The notes: a model not told the origin generated them from the letters alone. Counted from the first letter of the stretch, positions 49,229 through 59,266 are shown. The stretch is 64,000 nucleotides of DNA from an uncultured Clostridia bacterium (GCA_934162255.1 CAKPIG010000003.1:84665-148664), one strand, 5' to 3'. Numbers and translations: made by a program.

Positions 49229-49924
49229 ATGTACAATATTTTAGTAGTAGATGATGATAAAGAAATAGTAAAAGCAATAGAAATTTATTTGGAAAAAGAA
49301 GAATACAAAATATATAAAGCATTTGATGGAAATGAAGCACTAAAAATAGTAAAAGCCAATGACATCCAATTAGTAATATTAGATATTATGATGCCAAATA
49401 AAGACGGAATAGAAACACTAAAAGAGATAAGAAAAGACAAGAATATTCCAGTAATAATGTTATCAGCAAAATCAGAAGATATTGACAAAATAAATGGATT
49501 AAATGTTGGGGCAGATGATTATATAACGAAGCCATTTAACCCTGTAGAATTAATTGCAAGAGTGAATGCTTTAATTAGAAGATATACAAAATTAGGAGCT
49601 CTGCAAGAAGAAAGCAAAGATGGAATAATCCAAACAGGTGAACTAATAATAGATGATAATCTAAAAAAAGTTACAGTAGAAGGAAAAGAAGTAAAACTTA
49701 CTCCAACAGAGTACAATATTTTGAAATTTCTTACACAAAACAAAGGAAAAGTTTTTTCAATAGATGAAATATACACAAATATTTGGGAAGAAGAAAGCTA
49801 TGCTGCAGAAAATGTAATAGCAGTACACATAAGACATATAAGAGAAAAAATAGAAATCAATCCTAAAGAACCTAAATATTTAAAAGTATTATGGGGTGTG
49901 GGATATAAAGTGGAGGAAATATGA
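49229..49924 (+). CDS. OmpR/PhoB-family response regulator
   Basis: Receiver domain (LVILDIMMPNKDG) plus a winged helix (AVHIRHIREK, GVGYKV). Confidence 0.9.
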   Translation: MYNILVVDDDKEIVKAIEIYLEKEEYKIYKAFDGNEALKIVKANDIQLVILDIMMPNKDGIETLKEIRKDKNIPVIMLSAKSEDIDKINGLNVGADDYITKPFNPVELIARVNALIRRYTKLGALQEESKDGIIQTGELIIDDNLKKVTVEGKEVKLTPTEYNILKFLTQNKGKVFSIDEIYTNIWEEESYAAENVIAVHIRHIREKIEINPKEPKYLKVLWGVGYKVEEI

Positions 49925-51831
49925 ACAATAGTAAAACACTAAAAATATTAAGTTATATATTATTACCAATATTAATAGGAATAATAATAATTTCAGTATT
50001 TTATATAAGCACAAAAGACTCAATTTACTACAATGAGGAAAAATATTTTGAGTCAGATAATTTTATAAATTCATATATAAATTCACTATCTTTTGCTACA
50101 CAAAGGCTTATTTACAACAATCCAAATTATAAATGTATAAAAGATGGAGATATACAGATATTTTACGGTTCAGAAGAGGAAATAAATCTTTATGGAACAG
50201 AATTAATATTTTTGATAATATATAATAACAAGGCATTGACAAATGTTGAATTAACGTCTGAAGTAAACTCAATAGAAAACATAATAAATTATATTGAAAA
50301 TAATCAAGATTACAAAAAATTGAATATAATAAATGGTAAAGTTGAATCAGACACAGAAATAATTAATAAAAAAGCTGAACAATATTTAGATGAGTTTATA
50401 AACACATATTATACAAAAAATACAGATAGTTCAATTGAATATCAAACAACAAACATAAATGATTTTAAAATATATAGTTCTTATCCAAAGACCTTTGAAA
50501 AAAACTCCGAACAAACAATAACAACAAAACTGATAAAAGAATTAGAGCCATATGAGAAAGACTTATGCATATTAATACCAATATGTACAATATTTTCTAT
50601 ATTAATAGTAGTTTATCTTATAAATGCAATAGAAGGTAAATTAAATGATTTTGATAAAATACCATTAGAAATTGTACTTTTAGGGCTTTTAATAATAGGA
50701 GGAATACCATTAATAATAGTTTCAAATTCATATACAGAAGGAATTGAATTTAAAATATCTATTGGAGTAACAGCATATATAACTATATATTTAATGATTG
50801 CTATTACATTTGATACAATTGTAAAAAGAATAAAATCAAAACAATTTTGGAAAACAACTTTAATTGGTAAAATATCTATATTTATAAAAAATAAAATAGA
50901 TAAATTAAAAAATATTCCAACAGATTTTAAAGGAACAATAATTAAATCAGGATTAATTTGTTTTGGAGCATTAGTTTTAGGAATATTTGTTGCAAATATA
51001 TTTAATAGAACATTTGCTATTTTTATAAATATTATTATCATTTTTATATTATTTTTCAGATTTATAGAAATAATTAAAAATTACAATAAATTAGAGGGTG
51101 AATTATTTGAAGAATCACTTCAAGAAAGATTAAAAAGTGAAAGACTGAAAACAGAACTAATAACAAATGTATCACATGATATAAAAACACCATTAACATC
51201 TATAATAAATTATGTGGATTTATTAAAAAAAGAAGAAATAAGCAATGAAAAAGCAATTGAATATATAGATATATTAGACAATAAGTCTAAAAGGTTAAAA
51301 AAATTAATAGAAGACTTAGTTGAAGCTTCAAAAGTATCAACAGGAAATATAAAATTAAATCTTGAAAAAATAAATATAGTAGAATTGATAAAACAGGCAG
51401 AAGGAGAGTTTGAAGATAAATTTCAAGCAAAGTCTTTAACAACAATAATTACATCAGAAGAAAATGAAATTTATATCATGGCAGATAGTAGATATATGTA
51501 TAGAGTCATTGAGAATTTGTTTAGTAATATATCAAAATATGCATTAGAAAATTCTAGGGTATATATTGATATAATAAAGAAAAATAATAAAGTGTATATA
51601 GAAATAAAAAATATATCAAAAGAAAAATTAAATATTTCTGCAGATGAATTAAGGCAAAGGTTTGTAAGAGGAGATAAGTCAAGAACTACAGAGGGAAGCG
51701 GATTAGGACTTTCTATAACTCAAGATTTAACAACTCTTCAAAATGGAAAATTTAATTTGATATTAGATGGAGATTTATTTAAAGTTGAACTAATTTTTGA
51801 TATTATAGAGGAAGGACAAAATGAAGAATAA
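49921..51831 (+). CDS. Sensor histidine kinase with a large extracytoplasmic domain and extra TM block
   Basis: H-box VSHDIKTPLTSI and G-box GSGLGLSI. ATGA overlap with the response regulator gene. Confidence 0.9.
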   Translation: MNNSKTLKILSYILLPILIGIIIISVFYISTKDSIYYNEEKYFESDNFINSYINSLSFATQRLIYNNPNYKCIKDGDIQIFYGSEEEINLYGTELIFLIIYNNKALTNVELTSEVNSIENIINYIENNQDYKKLNIINGKVESDTEIINKKAEQYLDEFINTYYTKNTDSSIEYQTTNINDFKIYSSYPKTFEKNSEQTITTKLIKELEPYEKDLCILIPICTIFSILIVVYLINAIEGKLNDFDKIPLEIVLLGLLIIGGIPLIIVSNSYTEGIEFKISIGVTAYITIYLMIAITFDTIVKRIKSKQFWKTTLIGKISIFIKNKIDKLKNIPTDFKGTIIKSGLICFGALVLGIFVANIFNRTFAIFINIIIIFILFFRFIEIIKNYNKLEGELFEESLQERLKSERLKTELITNVSHDIKTPLTSIINYVDLLKKEEISNEKAIEYIDILDNKSKRLKKLIEDLVEASKVSTGNIKLNLEKINIVELIKQAEGEFEDKFQAKSLTTIITSEENEIYIMADSRYMYRVIENLFSNISKYALENSRVYIDIIKKNNKVYIEIKNISKEKLNISADELRQRFVRGDKSRTTEGSGLGLSITQDLTTLQNGKFNLILDGDLFKVELIFDIIEEGQNEE

Positions 51832-52537
51832 AAAAATAAAAGTAATAAGATATATAATATTAGTTATTGCAATATGCATATTTATAGGGTTAATTGTTTA
51901 TTTGTTCCCTGTAATGCGAAATTTGTCATCTTATGAAGGTCAAGTAGCATTCAAAGAAAAAGTAGTTAATTCTGGAATATATGGATATCTAATGTTGCTT
52001 GGTTTGGAGGTTGCAAAATTATTTTTAGTATTTTTACCAGGAGAACCAATAGAAATATTAGCTGGTATGTGTTATGGTGCAATTGGTGGAACAATTTTTA
52101 TATTATCAACAGTAGCATTTACAACAACAGTAATATTTTTTGCAGTAAGAAAATATGGTAAAGAATTGATATATGCTTCTTTTAGTAAAGAAAAAGTAGA
52201 TAAAATAGAAAACAGCAAAATATTTCAAAACCCAAAAAAAATAGAATATATACTTGCAATATTATTTGCTGTTGTGGGAACACCTAAAGACTTAATTACA
52301 TACGTGGGAAGTTTATTACCTATAAAGCCATATAAATTTATATTGATAGCCACTTTTTGCAGGATTCCATCAGTAATTTCTTCAACAATAGTAGGTCAAT
52401 ATTTTTCAGAAGGAAACTGGAAAACAAGTCTTATAATATATGCAATTACATTTATATTTACAGCAATAGTGCTTGTTTTAGTACGTTTATTTGATAAAGA
52501 TAAAACAGCTGAAAAAGCTATTAATGAATTAAAATGA
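51821..52537 (+). CDS. TVP38/TMEM64 (DedA-related, VTT-domain) membrane protein
   Basis: Polytopic, with FLPGEPIEILAGMCYG typical of the family. Overlaps the kinase 3' end. Confidence 0.7.
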   Translation: MKNKKIKVIRYIILVIAICIFIGLIVYLFPVMRNLSSYEGQVAFKEKVVNSGIYGYLMLLGLEVAKLFLVFLPGEPIEILAGMCYGAIGGTIFILSTVAFTTTVIFFAVRKYGKELIYASFSKEKVDKIENSKIFQNPKKIEYILAILFAVVGTPKDLITYVGSLLPIKPYKFILIATFCRIPSVISSTIVGQYFSEGNWKTSLIIYAITFIFTAIVLVLVRLFDKDKTAEKAINELK

Positions 52538-52570
52538 TTTGAGGAGCCTAAATAAGGCCCCTCTTTTGGA

Positions 52571-53554
52571 TTAAAACAATTCGGTAATAGTTTCCAGAAT
52601 TATTGGATGTAAATTTACATTATTTTCTTTCACATCATCTTTACAGCTATACAAGATCTCACTCCTTTTTTCATAATTGTTATTCATAACAACCTTCTGA
52701 ACTTTAACAATTCCATGTTTTTTTGATTTTGCTATAATAGCTAAATAATCAAACTTTTGGCAATCGAGATTCCTAGTATATGTGACATCTTTACATTCAT
52801 TATTATTAACAATAAAAATTTTAACTAATGAACTGAACTTTTGTATCACAATAGAGTCATCAACTAGAAATTTTACGCCTAAATTTCCTGAAGGTGCTTT
52901 GATAACATTAATATCTTTTTTATCCTCAATTTTAGAGACTTCCTTTTCTGTCTTGTTTTCAGAATCGGGTTTCATATACAAAATGTAGTTCAGATTTAGA
53001 CACTTTGCTCTTAAGGCAAAATTTTGATCTGCTGTTAAGAGGGTTGGCCGTTCTGAATTTGATAAAGATATTAAATACTGTAAAATTATTTCGTCAGTAT
53101 ATTCATGGCTTTTAAATTTAAACGGAACCAAATTATATTTTGAATCCGACAGAAGTATTTCTTTTGTCAATCCTCTTATTTTTTCTTTGAGTCCTCTTGG
53201 TATATTCTGTTTAATTCTTAATTTTTCCATTTCTTTTATGGTTGAATATAGAATAGTTACAGAATTACTGTTTTTAATAATCTCTAAAATTTCTTCACTT
53301 TTTAATGCACAGATGTCTAATAAGACATTATTTACATCTGCATTTTTTGAGAAAATTAAAGATGAAGTTTGGTAGAGATTTATTAAATTGTTTTTTTGAA
53401 GAAGTTTCACATAAATCCTAGCAGTATTATAAGAATAACCAAGACTTATAAAGTATTCAATGTCTGGATTATCTGGAAAAGAAGTTACTTCTTTTTTTAT
53501 TTCATTAGAAGTTGAGCCTTTCCGAATTAGTGGTCCTACTTGATGTTTTGACAT
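52571..53554 (-). CDS. Hypothetical protein with a central PIN-like nuclease domain
   Basis: Ordered acidic motifs VLLDICAL, YTDEIILQYL and TLLTADQNFALRAK resemble the PIN fold. A beta-rich C-terminal extension follows. GGAGGAAACAA RBS. Confidence 0.45.
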   Translation of the reverse strand: MSKHQVGPLIRKGSTSNEIKKEVTSFPDNPDIEYFISLGYSYNTARIYVKLLQKNNLINLYQTSSLIFSKNADVNNVLLDICALKSEEILEIIKNSNSVTILYSTIKEMEKLRIKQNIPRGLKEKIRGLTKEILLSDSKYNLVPFKFKSHEYTDEIILQYLISLSNSERPTLLTADQNFALRAKCLNLNYILYMKPDSENKTEKEVSKIEDKKDINVIKAPSGNLGVKFLVDDSIVIQKFSSLVKIFIVNNNECKDVTYTRNLDCQKFDYLAIIAKSKKHGIVKVQKVVMNNNYEKRSEILYSCKDDVKENNVNLHPIILETITELF

Positions 53555-53721
53555 ATAATTGTTTCCTCCTCTAGTTTAGATAGATATAATTATTCTCTAT
53601 CATATTAAATATGATGTAAAAATTATATCACATTATGTAAATAAAAGCAAATTTTTATAGACTTTTAAAATTGATTATGATATAATATGCAAAAACAAAT
53701 AAATAAATAGGAGAAATAAAG

Positions 53722-54939
53722 ATGACACTAGTAGAAGAACTAAAATGGAGAGGCTTAATAAAAGATATATCAAGCCCAGAATTAGAAGAAAAATTAAATA
53801 AAGGTGGATTAATATTTTATATAGGAACAGATCCAACAGCAGACAGTTTACATGTAGGACATTTATCAAGTTTTCTAATATCAAAAAGATTAAAAGAAGC
53901 TGGACATCATCCAATACTTTTAGTTGGTGGTGGAACTGGAATGATTGGAGACCCAAGACCAACAACAGAAAGAGCTATGATAAGTAAAGAACAAGTAAAA
54001 CATAACTTTGAATGTCTAAAAGCACAAGTAGAAAAAATATTTGGTTTTGAAGTTGTAAATAATAATGATTGGTATCAAGATATAAATGTAATTGATTTCC
54101 TAAGAGATTATGGAAAATACTTTAACATAAATTATATGTTAGACAAAGACATTATAAGAAGAAGACTTGAATCAGGAATAACATATACAGAATTTTCATA
54201 CATGATATTACAAGCATTAGACTTCAAACATTTACATGAATGCAATGGTGTAGATTTACAATGTGCAGGATCTGACCAATGGGGAAATATCACTGCAGGA
54301 ATTGATTTAATAAGAAAATCAACAGGAGATGAAGTTTATGGATTTACAATGCCATTAGTTACAGATTCACAAGGAAAAAAATTCGGTAAGAGTGAAGGAA
54401 ATGCATTATGGCTTGATAAGACAAAAACTTCAAGTTATAAATTATATCAATTCTTTGTAAATGTAGAAGATAGCATGGTAATTGACTATTTAAAAATTTA
54501 TACATTTTTATCAAAAGAAGAAATTGAAGAATATGCAAAGAAAAATGCAGAACATCCTGAATTAAGAGAAGCACATAAAGCATTAGCAAGAGAAATAATA
54601 ACATTTCTACATGGAAAAGAAGAATATGAAAAAGCTGTTAAACTTGCAGAAAATTTATTCAATAATAAATTTAAAGAAATGTCAAAAGAAGACATAAAAG
54701 AATTATTTGATGAAAAAGATATAAAAGATGTTCAAAGTAATATAGATTTAGCAGATATATTGGTAACGTTAGGAGCTGCTTCTAGTAAAAGAGAAGCAAG
54801 GGAATTCATCCAAAATGGTGCAATATCAATAAATGGTGAAAAAACAAGTCAAACAAATATTACAGATGAAATGTTTATAGATGATACTTATATTGTAATA
54901 AAAAGAGGAAAGAAAAATTATTACATAGGAAGAAAATAA
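53722..54939 (+). CDS. tyrS: Tyrosine--tRNA ligase
   Basis: HVGHL (HIGH) and KFGKS (KMSKS) motifs, and a C-terminal S4-like domain. Confidence 0.95.
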   Translation: MTLVEELKWRGLIKDISSPELEEKLNKGGLIFYIGTDPTADSLHVGHLSSFLISKRLKEAGHHPILLVGGGTGMIGDPRPTTERAMISKEQVKHNFECLKAQVEKIFGFEVVNNNDWYQDINVIDFLRDYGKYFNINYMLDKDIIRRRLESGITYTEFSYMILQALDFKHLHECNGVDLQCAGSDQWGNITAGIDLIRKSTGDEVYGFTMPLVTDSQGKKFGKSEGNALWLDKTKTSSYKLYQFFVNVEDSMVIDYLKIYTFLSKEEIEEYAKKNAEHPELREAHKALAREIITFLHGKEEYEKAVKLAENLFNNKFKEMSKEDIKELFDEKDIKDVQSNIDLADILVTLGAASSKREAREFIQNGAISINGEKTSQTNITDEMFIDDTYIVIKRGKKNYYIGRK

Positions 54940-54962
54940 ATTAAGGCCGGAGGGACCTAATT

Positions 54963-55595
54963 ATGAATGAAGAAGAAAAAGAATTTGAAGAAAAGACAAA
55001 GCAATATCAATATGAACAAATGGAATTACAAAAAAGATTAAGACAATTAGAACAGGATCATATCAAAGGAACAAAAAAATCATTCATATATAAAATGAAT
55101 AAATTTTTCGGTAGAATTGGAACAGCATACATTTCTATATGGATAATAGGACTTATACTAGCAGTAATTCTTGCTTTAGCATTTGTTTTAAATGGATTAA
55201 GAGCATTTGACCCAGTAATAGAAATTGAAAATAAATATGATATAAGTTTAAAACAAGTTTCTAGAACTGCAAAGAATAAAGTTCTAACTTACAAAGTAAA
55301 GCCTACAAGCGGAAAATATAAGAAAGTAGAATTTCTAATCATAAAAAAAGGAAGAGAACAAGCTATAGATGATTTTGATGATAATTGCCTAAAATATATT
55401 ATTGAAAATATTATTGATAAAGAATTGCTGCAAAATTTTGAAAAAGAAGAAACTACAACAGAATATGGAATGCTAGAATATAATTTGATATATACAGGAG
55501 ATGACGAAGTAAAGCTACAGCAATTAAGAGATTACATTTTAAAATATGATTGGAATATATCAAAAATTATAGATTTAAATAATAAAATAAAGTAA
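54963..55595 (+). CDS. Hypothetical membrane-anchored protein
   Basis: GGAGGG RBS. One TM segment (ISIWIIGLILAVILALAFV). Confidence 0.55.
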   Translation: MNEEEKEFEEKTKQYQYEQMELQKRLRQLEQDHIKGTKKSFIYKMNKFFGRIGTAYISIWIIGLILAVILALAFVLNGLRAFDPVIEIENKYDISLKQVSRTAKNKVLTYKVKPTSGKYKKVEFLIIKKGREQAIDDFDDNCLKYIIENIIDKELLQNFEKEETTTEYGMLEYNLIYTGDDEVKLQQLRDYILKYDWNISKIIDLNNKIK

Positions 55596-55608
55596 AGAGG
55601 TGATAAAA

Positions 55609-55707
55609 ATGAGTGAAGACCCGACTGAAAAACCAAAGCTGAATATGGGTAAAAATATTTGTCAAAAAATGAAGAAGAGTGTCTTCATTCATTTTTTTGT
55701 ACATTAA
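55609..55707 (+). CDS. Possible 32-aa mini-ORF (MSEDPTEKPKLNMGKNICQKMKKSVFIHFFVH)
   Basis: AGAGGTG RBS 6 nt upstream of the ATG. It is below the ORF-track size cut-off and spans the terminator hairpin. Confidence 0.3.
   Translation: MSEDPTEKPKLNMGKNICQKMKKSVFIHFFVH
55668..55698 (+). terminator. Intrinsic terminator
   Basis: AATGAAGA-AGAGTG-TCTTCATT followed by CATTTTTTT. Confidence 0.75.
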
Positions 55708-55752
55708 ATATTCTTATCCATTTCTAATCTAATAAAAAAAGGGGAGGTAGAA

Positions 55753-57087
55753 ATGGAATTAGAAGAAGTAAAAAAATTAATCAAAGAAAAACAATTTACA
55801 AAATTAAAAGAATCATTAAAAGAAATGAAAAGTGCAGATATTTCTGAAATACTAGATGAATTAAACAAAGAAGAAGCTATAATAGTGTTCAGAATATTAT
55901 CAAAGGAAAAAGCAGGGGAAACATTCTCATATATGGAATCAGATGTGAGAGAAAAATTAATACAAGATTTAACAGATAAAGAGTTAAAAAATGTCATGGA
56001 TGAGTTATTCATGGATGACACTGTTGATTTAATAGAAGAAATGCCATCAAACATAGTGCCTAAAATTTTAAAAGCAGTAAGTAAAGAAGATAGAAAAGTT
56101 ATAAATGAATTGCTAAAATATCCAGAAGATAGTGCTGGAAGCATGATGACAACAGAATTTATTGATTTAAAGGAAAATATGACTGTAGAACAAGCAATAA
56201 AAAGAATAAGACAAATTGGAACTGATTCAGAAACAATCTATACATCATATGTATTAAGTGCAAACAGAATACTAGAAGGAATATTAGATATTCAAGATTT
56301 ATTACTTGCTCCAAAAGATAAAATAATAAAGGATTTAATGGATACAAATTTCATATGTGTAAATACACTTGAAGATCAAGAAGAAGTTGCAAAAACATTG
56401 AAGAAATATGATATTTATGCTTTACCTGTAGTAGACAAAGAAAATAGGTTAGTAGGAATAATAACAGCAGATGATGCAATGGATGTATTGCAAGAAGAAG
56501 TAGAAGAAGACTTCGAAAAAATGGCTGCTATTAATCCAAATGAAGACGGATATTTTGAAACATCTGTATTTAAACATGCCAAAAGTAGAGTGTTATGGCT
56601 TCTTATTTTGATGTTATCATCTGCAATAACAGGAACAATTATAACTAAATATGAAGAAGCATTTGCAGCACTACCTTTATTAGTATCATTTATTCCAATG
56701 ATAATGGGAACAGGCGGAAACTGCGGTCAACAAAGTTCTACTCTAATAATAAGAGGTATTGCAATAGATGAAATAGAATTTAAAGATATTTTCAGGGCAT
56801 TATGGAAAGAAGCAAGAGTAGCCTTAATAGTAGGTGTAACACTTGCAATTGTTAATGGAATAAGAATATTAATCCAATATCATGACATGCAACTTGCAAT
56901 TGTACTAGGATTAACACTTATAGGAACAGTGTTAATATCAAAAATATTAGGTTGTGCATTACCTTTACTTGCCAAAAAAGTAAAATTAGATCCTGCCTTA
57001 ATGGCAGCACCATTAATTACAACGCTTGTTGATATTTGTTCAATATTGATATACTTTCAATTTGCAACAAGTATAATGGGACTTTAA
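55753..57087 (+). CDS. mgtE: Magnesium transporter MgtE (copy 1, 444 aa)
   Basis: N-domain, tandem CBS region and TM domain with PMIMGTGGNCGQQSS. GGGGAGG RBS. Confidence 0.9.
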   Translation: MELEEVKKLIKEKQFTKLKESLKEMKSADISEILDELNKEEAIIVFRILSKEKAGETFSYMESDVREKLIQDLTDKELKNVMDELFMDDTVDLIEEMPSNIVPKILKAVSKEDRKVINELLKYPEDSAGSMMTTEFIDLKENMTVEQAIKRIRQIGTDSETIYTSYVLSANRILEGILDIQDLLLAPKDKIIKDLMDTNFICVNTLEDQEEVAKTLKKYDIYALPVVDKENRLVGIITADDAMDVLQEEVEEDFEKMAAINPNEDGYFETSVFKHAKSRVLWLLILMLSSAITGTIITKYEEAFAALPLLVSFIPMIMGTGGNCGQQSSTLIIRGIAIDEIEFKDIFRALWKEARVALIVGVTLAIVNGIRILIQYHDMQLAIVLGLTLIGTVLISKILGCALPLLAKKVKLDPALMAAPLITTLVDICSILIYFQFATSIMGL

Positions 57088-57098
57088 GGAGGTGCGAC

Positions 57099-58433
57099 AT
57101 GGAAATAGAAGAAATAAAAGATTTAGTAAAAACAAGAAAATTTACAAAATTAAAACAAATGCTATCAGAAATGAACATTGCAGATATATCTGATTTGATA
57201 AATGAATTGGACAAAGAAGATGTAATAATTGTATTTAGACTATTATCAAAAGAAACAGCAGGGGAAGCATTCTCATACATGGATTCAGATGTAAGAGAAA
57301 AGCTAATACAAGATTTAACAGACAAAGAACTAAAAAATGTCATGGACGAGATATTCATGGATGACACTGTTGATTTAATAGAAGAGATGCCATCAAACAT
57401 TGTTCCAAAAATCTTAAAAGCAGTCAGCAAAGAGGACAGAAAAACTATAAATGAACTATTAAAATATCCAGAAGACAGTGCAGGAAGCATAATGACAACA
57501 GAATTTATTGATTTAAAAGAAAATATGACTGTAGAAGAAGCATTAGATAGAGTACGTAAAATAGGAACAAAATCAGAAACAATCTACACTTGTTATGTTT
57601 TAGAAAATGATAGGATATTAAAAGGAATAATAAACATTAAAGACATATTGCTATCAGAAGAAAATGTCCAAATAAAAGATTTAATGGAAACATCAATAGT
57701 TTCAGTAAATACATTTGAAGACAAAGAAGAAGTTGCCAAAATGTTTGATAAATATGATTTCTATGCATTGCCAGTAGTAGATAACGAAAACAGGTTAGTA
57801 GGAATTGTAACTGTAGATGATGCTATGGATGTATTACAAGAAGAGGTAGAAGAAGACTTCGAAAAGATGGCTGCTATTAGTCCAAATGAAGAAGGATATT
57901 TTGGAACATCAGCATTTAAACATGCAAAAAACAGAATTGTTTGGTTATTAATATTGATGCTTTCAGCTGCAATAACAGGAGGAATAATAACTAATTATGA
58001 AAATGCTTTTGCAGCAGTTCCACTTCTAGTAGCATTCATCCCAATGATAATGGACACAGGAGGAAACTGTGGAGCACAAAGTTCAACATTAATTATAAGA
58101 GGACTTGCTACTGATGAATTAGAAGTAAAAGATGTATTTAAAATCTTATGGAAAGAAATAAGAGTCGCAGTAGTAGTTGGAGCAATTTTAACTATAGTAA
58201 ATGGTCTTAGAATATTTATTCAATATAAAAATATGCAAATGGCAATAACTATAGGCATCAGTTTAATGGCAACAGTTATAATGTCTAAAACTATAGGTTG
58301 TTTATTACCACTTATAGCAAAAAAACTAAAATTAGATCCAGCCATAATGGCTGCACCGCTTATTACAACAATTGTAGATATACTTTCAGTTTTAGTATAT
58401 TTTAATGTTGCAACATTAATTATGGGATTATAG
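57099..58433 (+). CDS. mgtE: Magnesium transporter MgtE (copy 2, 444 aa)
   Basis: Same architecture (PMIMDTGGNCGAQSS). The AAGGAGG RBS overlaps the copy-1 stop. The track ORF starts at 57036. Confidence 0.9.
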   Translation: MEIEEIKDLVKTRKFTKLKQMLSEMNIADISDLINELDKEDVIIVFRLLSKETAGEAFSYMDSDVREKLIQDLTDKELKNVMDEIFMDDTVDLIEEMPSNIVPKILKAVSKEDRKTINELLKYPEDSAGSIMTTEFIDLKENMTVEEALDRVRKIGTKSETIYTCYVLENDRILKGIINIKDILLSEENVQIKDLMETSIVSVNTFEDKEEVAKMFDKYDFYALPVVDNENRLVGIVTVDDAMDVLQEEVEEDFEKMAAISPNEEGYFGTSAFKHAKNRIVWLLILMLSAAITGGIITNYENAFAAVPLLVAFIPMIMDTGGNCGAQSSTLIIRGLATDELEVKDVFKILWKEIRVAVVVGAILTIVNGLRIFIQYKNMQMAITIGISLMATVIMSKTIGCLLPLIAKKLKLDPAIMAAPLITTIVDILSVLVYFNVATLIMGL

Positions 58434-58440
58434 AAGATTT

Positions 58441-58474
58441 AAGGCTACAGAATATTCTGTAACCTTATTTTTTT
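58441..58474 (+). terminator. Intrinsic terminator
   Basis: AAGGCTACAGA / TCTGTAACCTT stem with one mismatch, followed by a T7 tract. Confidence 0.8.
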
Positions 58475-58516
58475 GATTACATAAAATATACTAAGGAAAA
58501 CTTTGGAGGTATGCAT

Positions 58517-59266
58517 ATGAAAAAGATTTTAGTAGTAAAAAATATTTGCAAAATATACCAAGCACAAAATGGAGAAATAGAAGCTTTAAAAAATATAAAT
58601 TTTACAGTAGAACCAGGGGAATATATTAGTATAATAGGTCCTAGTGGATGTGGTAAGTCAACATTACTTTCAATAATTGCAGGATTAGAAAGTAAAACAA
58701 AAGGAGATATCTACATAGATGGGACAATAGGATATATGTTACAAAAAGATAATTTGCTGGAGTGGAGAACCATATATAAAAATGTTTTATTTGGTTTAGA
58801 AATTCAAAATAATGATACTCCTAAAAATAGAAAATATGTAGATGAATTATTAAAAAAATATGGATTATATGAATTTAAAGATAAATATCCAAGTCAATTA
58901 TCAGGAGGAATGAGGCAAAGAGTTGCTTTAATTAGAACATTGGCTATAAGACCTAATATTCTTTTATTAGATGAGGCTTTTTCAGCTCTGGATTATCAAA
59001 CAAGGTTGATAGTTACAGAAGATATTTATAGGATTTTAAAGAATGAAAATATAACTGTTCTGATGGTGACACATGATATATCAGAAGCAATAAGTATGTC
59101 AGATAGAGTAATTGTACTAGGAAAACGTCCTGCTACTGTAAAAGCTATACACAATATTGACTTTGAAATAGAAAATAGAACTCCATTAAATTGTAGAGAA
59201 AGCCTCAAATTTAGTCAATATTTTAACTTGATGTGGAAGGAGCTAGATGCACATGAAAAAATTTAA
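58517..59266 (+). CDS. ABC transporter ATP-binding protein (NitT/TauT family)
   Basis: Walker A GPSGCGKST, signature LSGGMRQR, Walker B LLLDEAFSALD. GGAGG sits 7 nt before ATG 58517. Confidence 0.9.
   Translation: MKKILVVKNICKIYQAQNGEIEALKNINFTVEPGEYISIIGPSGCGKSTLLSIIAGLESKTKGDIYIDGTIGYMLQKDNLLEWRTIYKNVLFGLEIQNNDTPKNRKYVDELLKKYGLYEFKDKYPSQLSGGMRQRVALIRTLAIRPNILLLDEAFSALDYQTRLIVTEDIYRILKNENITVLMVTHDISEAISMSDRVIVLGKRPATVKAIHNIDFEIENRTPLNCRESLKFSQYFNLMWKELDAHEKI

Noticed and set aside
55704-57490. Two near-identical minus-strand ORFs (55704-56144 and 57017-57490)
   Set aside because: They are the antisense shadows of the duplicated mgtE 5' regions. Their similarity just mirrors the duplication.
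58505-59260. Identical ATGCAYATGAAAAA start contexts (MHMKK) of two adjacent ABC genes
   Set aside because: In both cases the RBS spacing favours the second ATG. The similarity is short and most likely coincidental.
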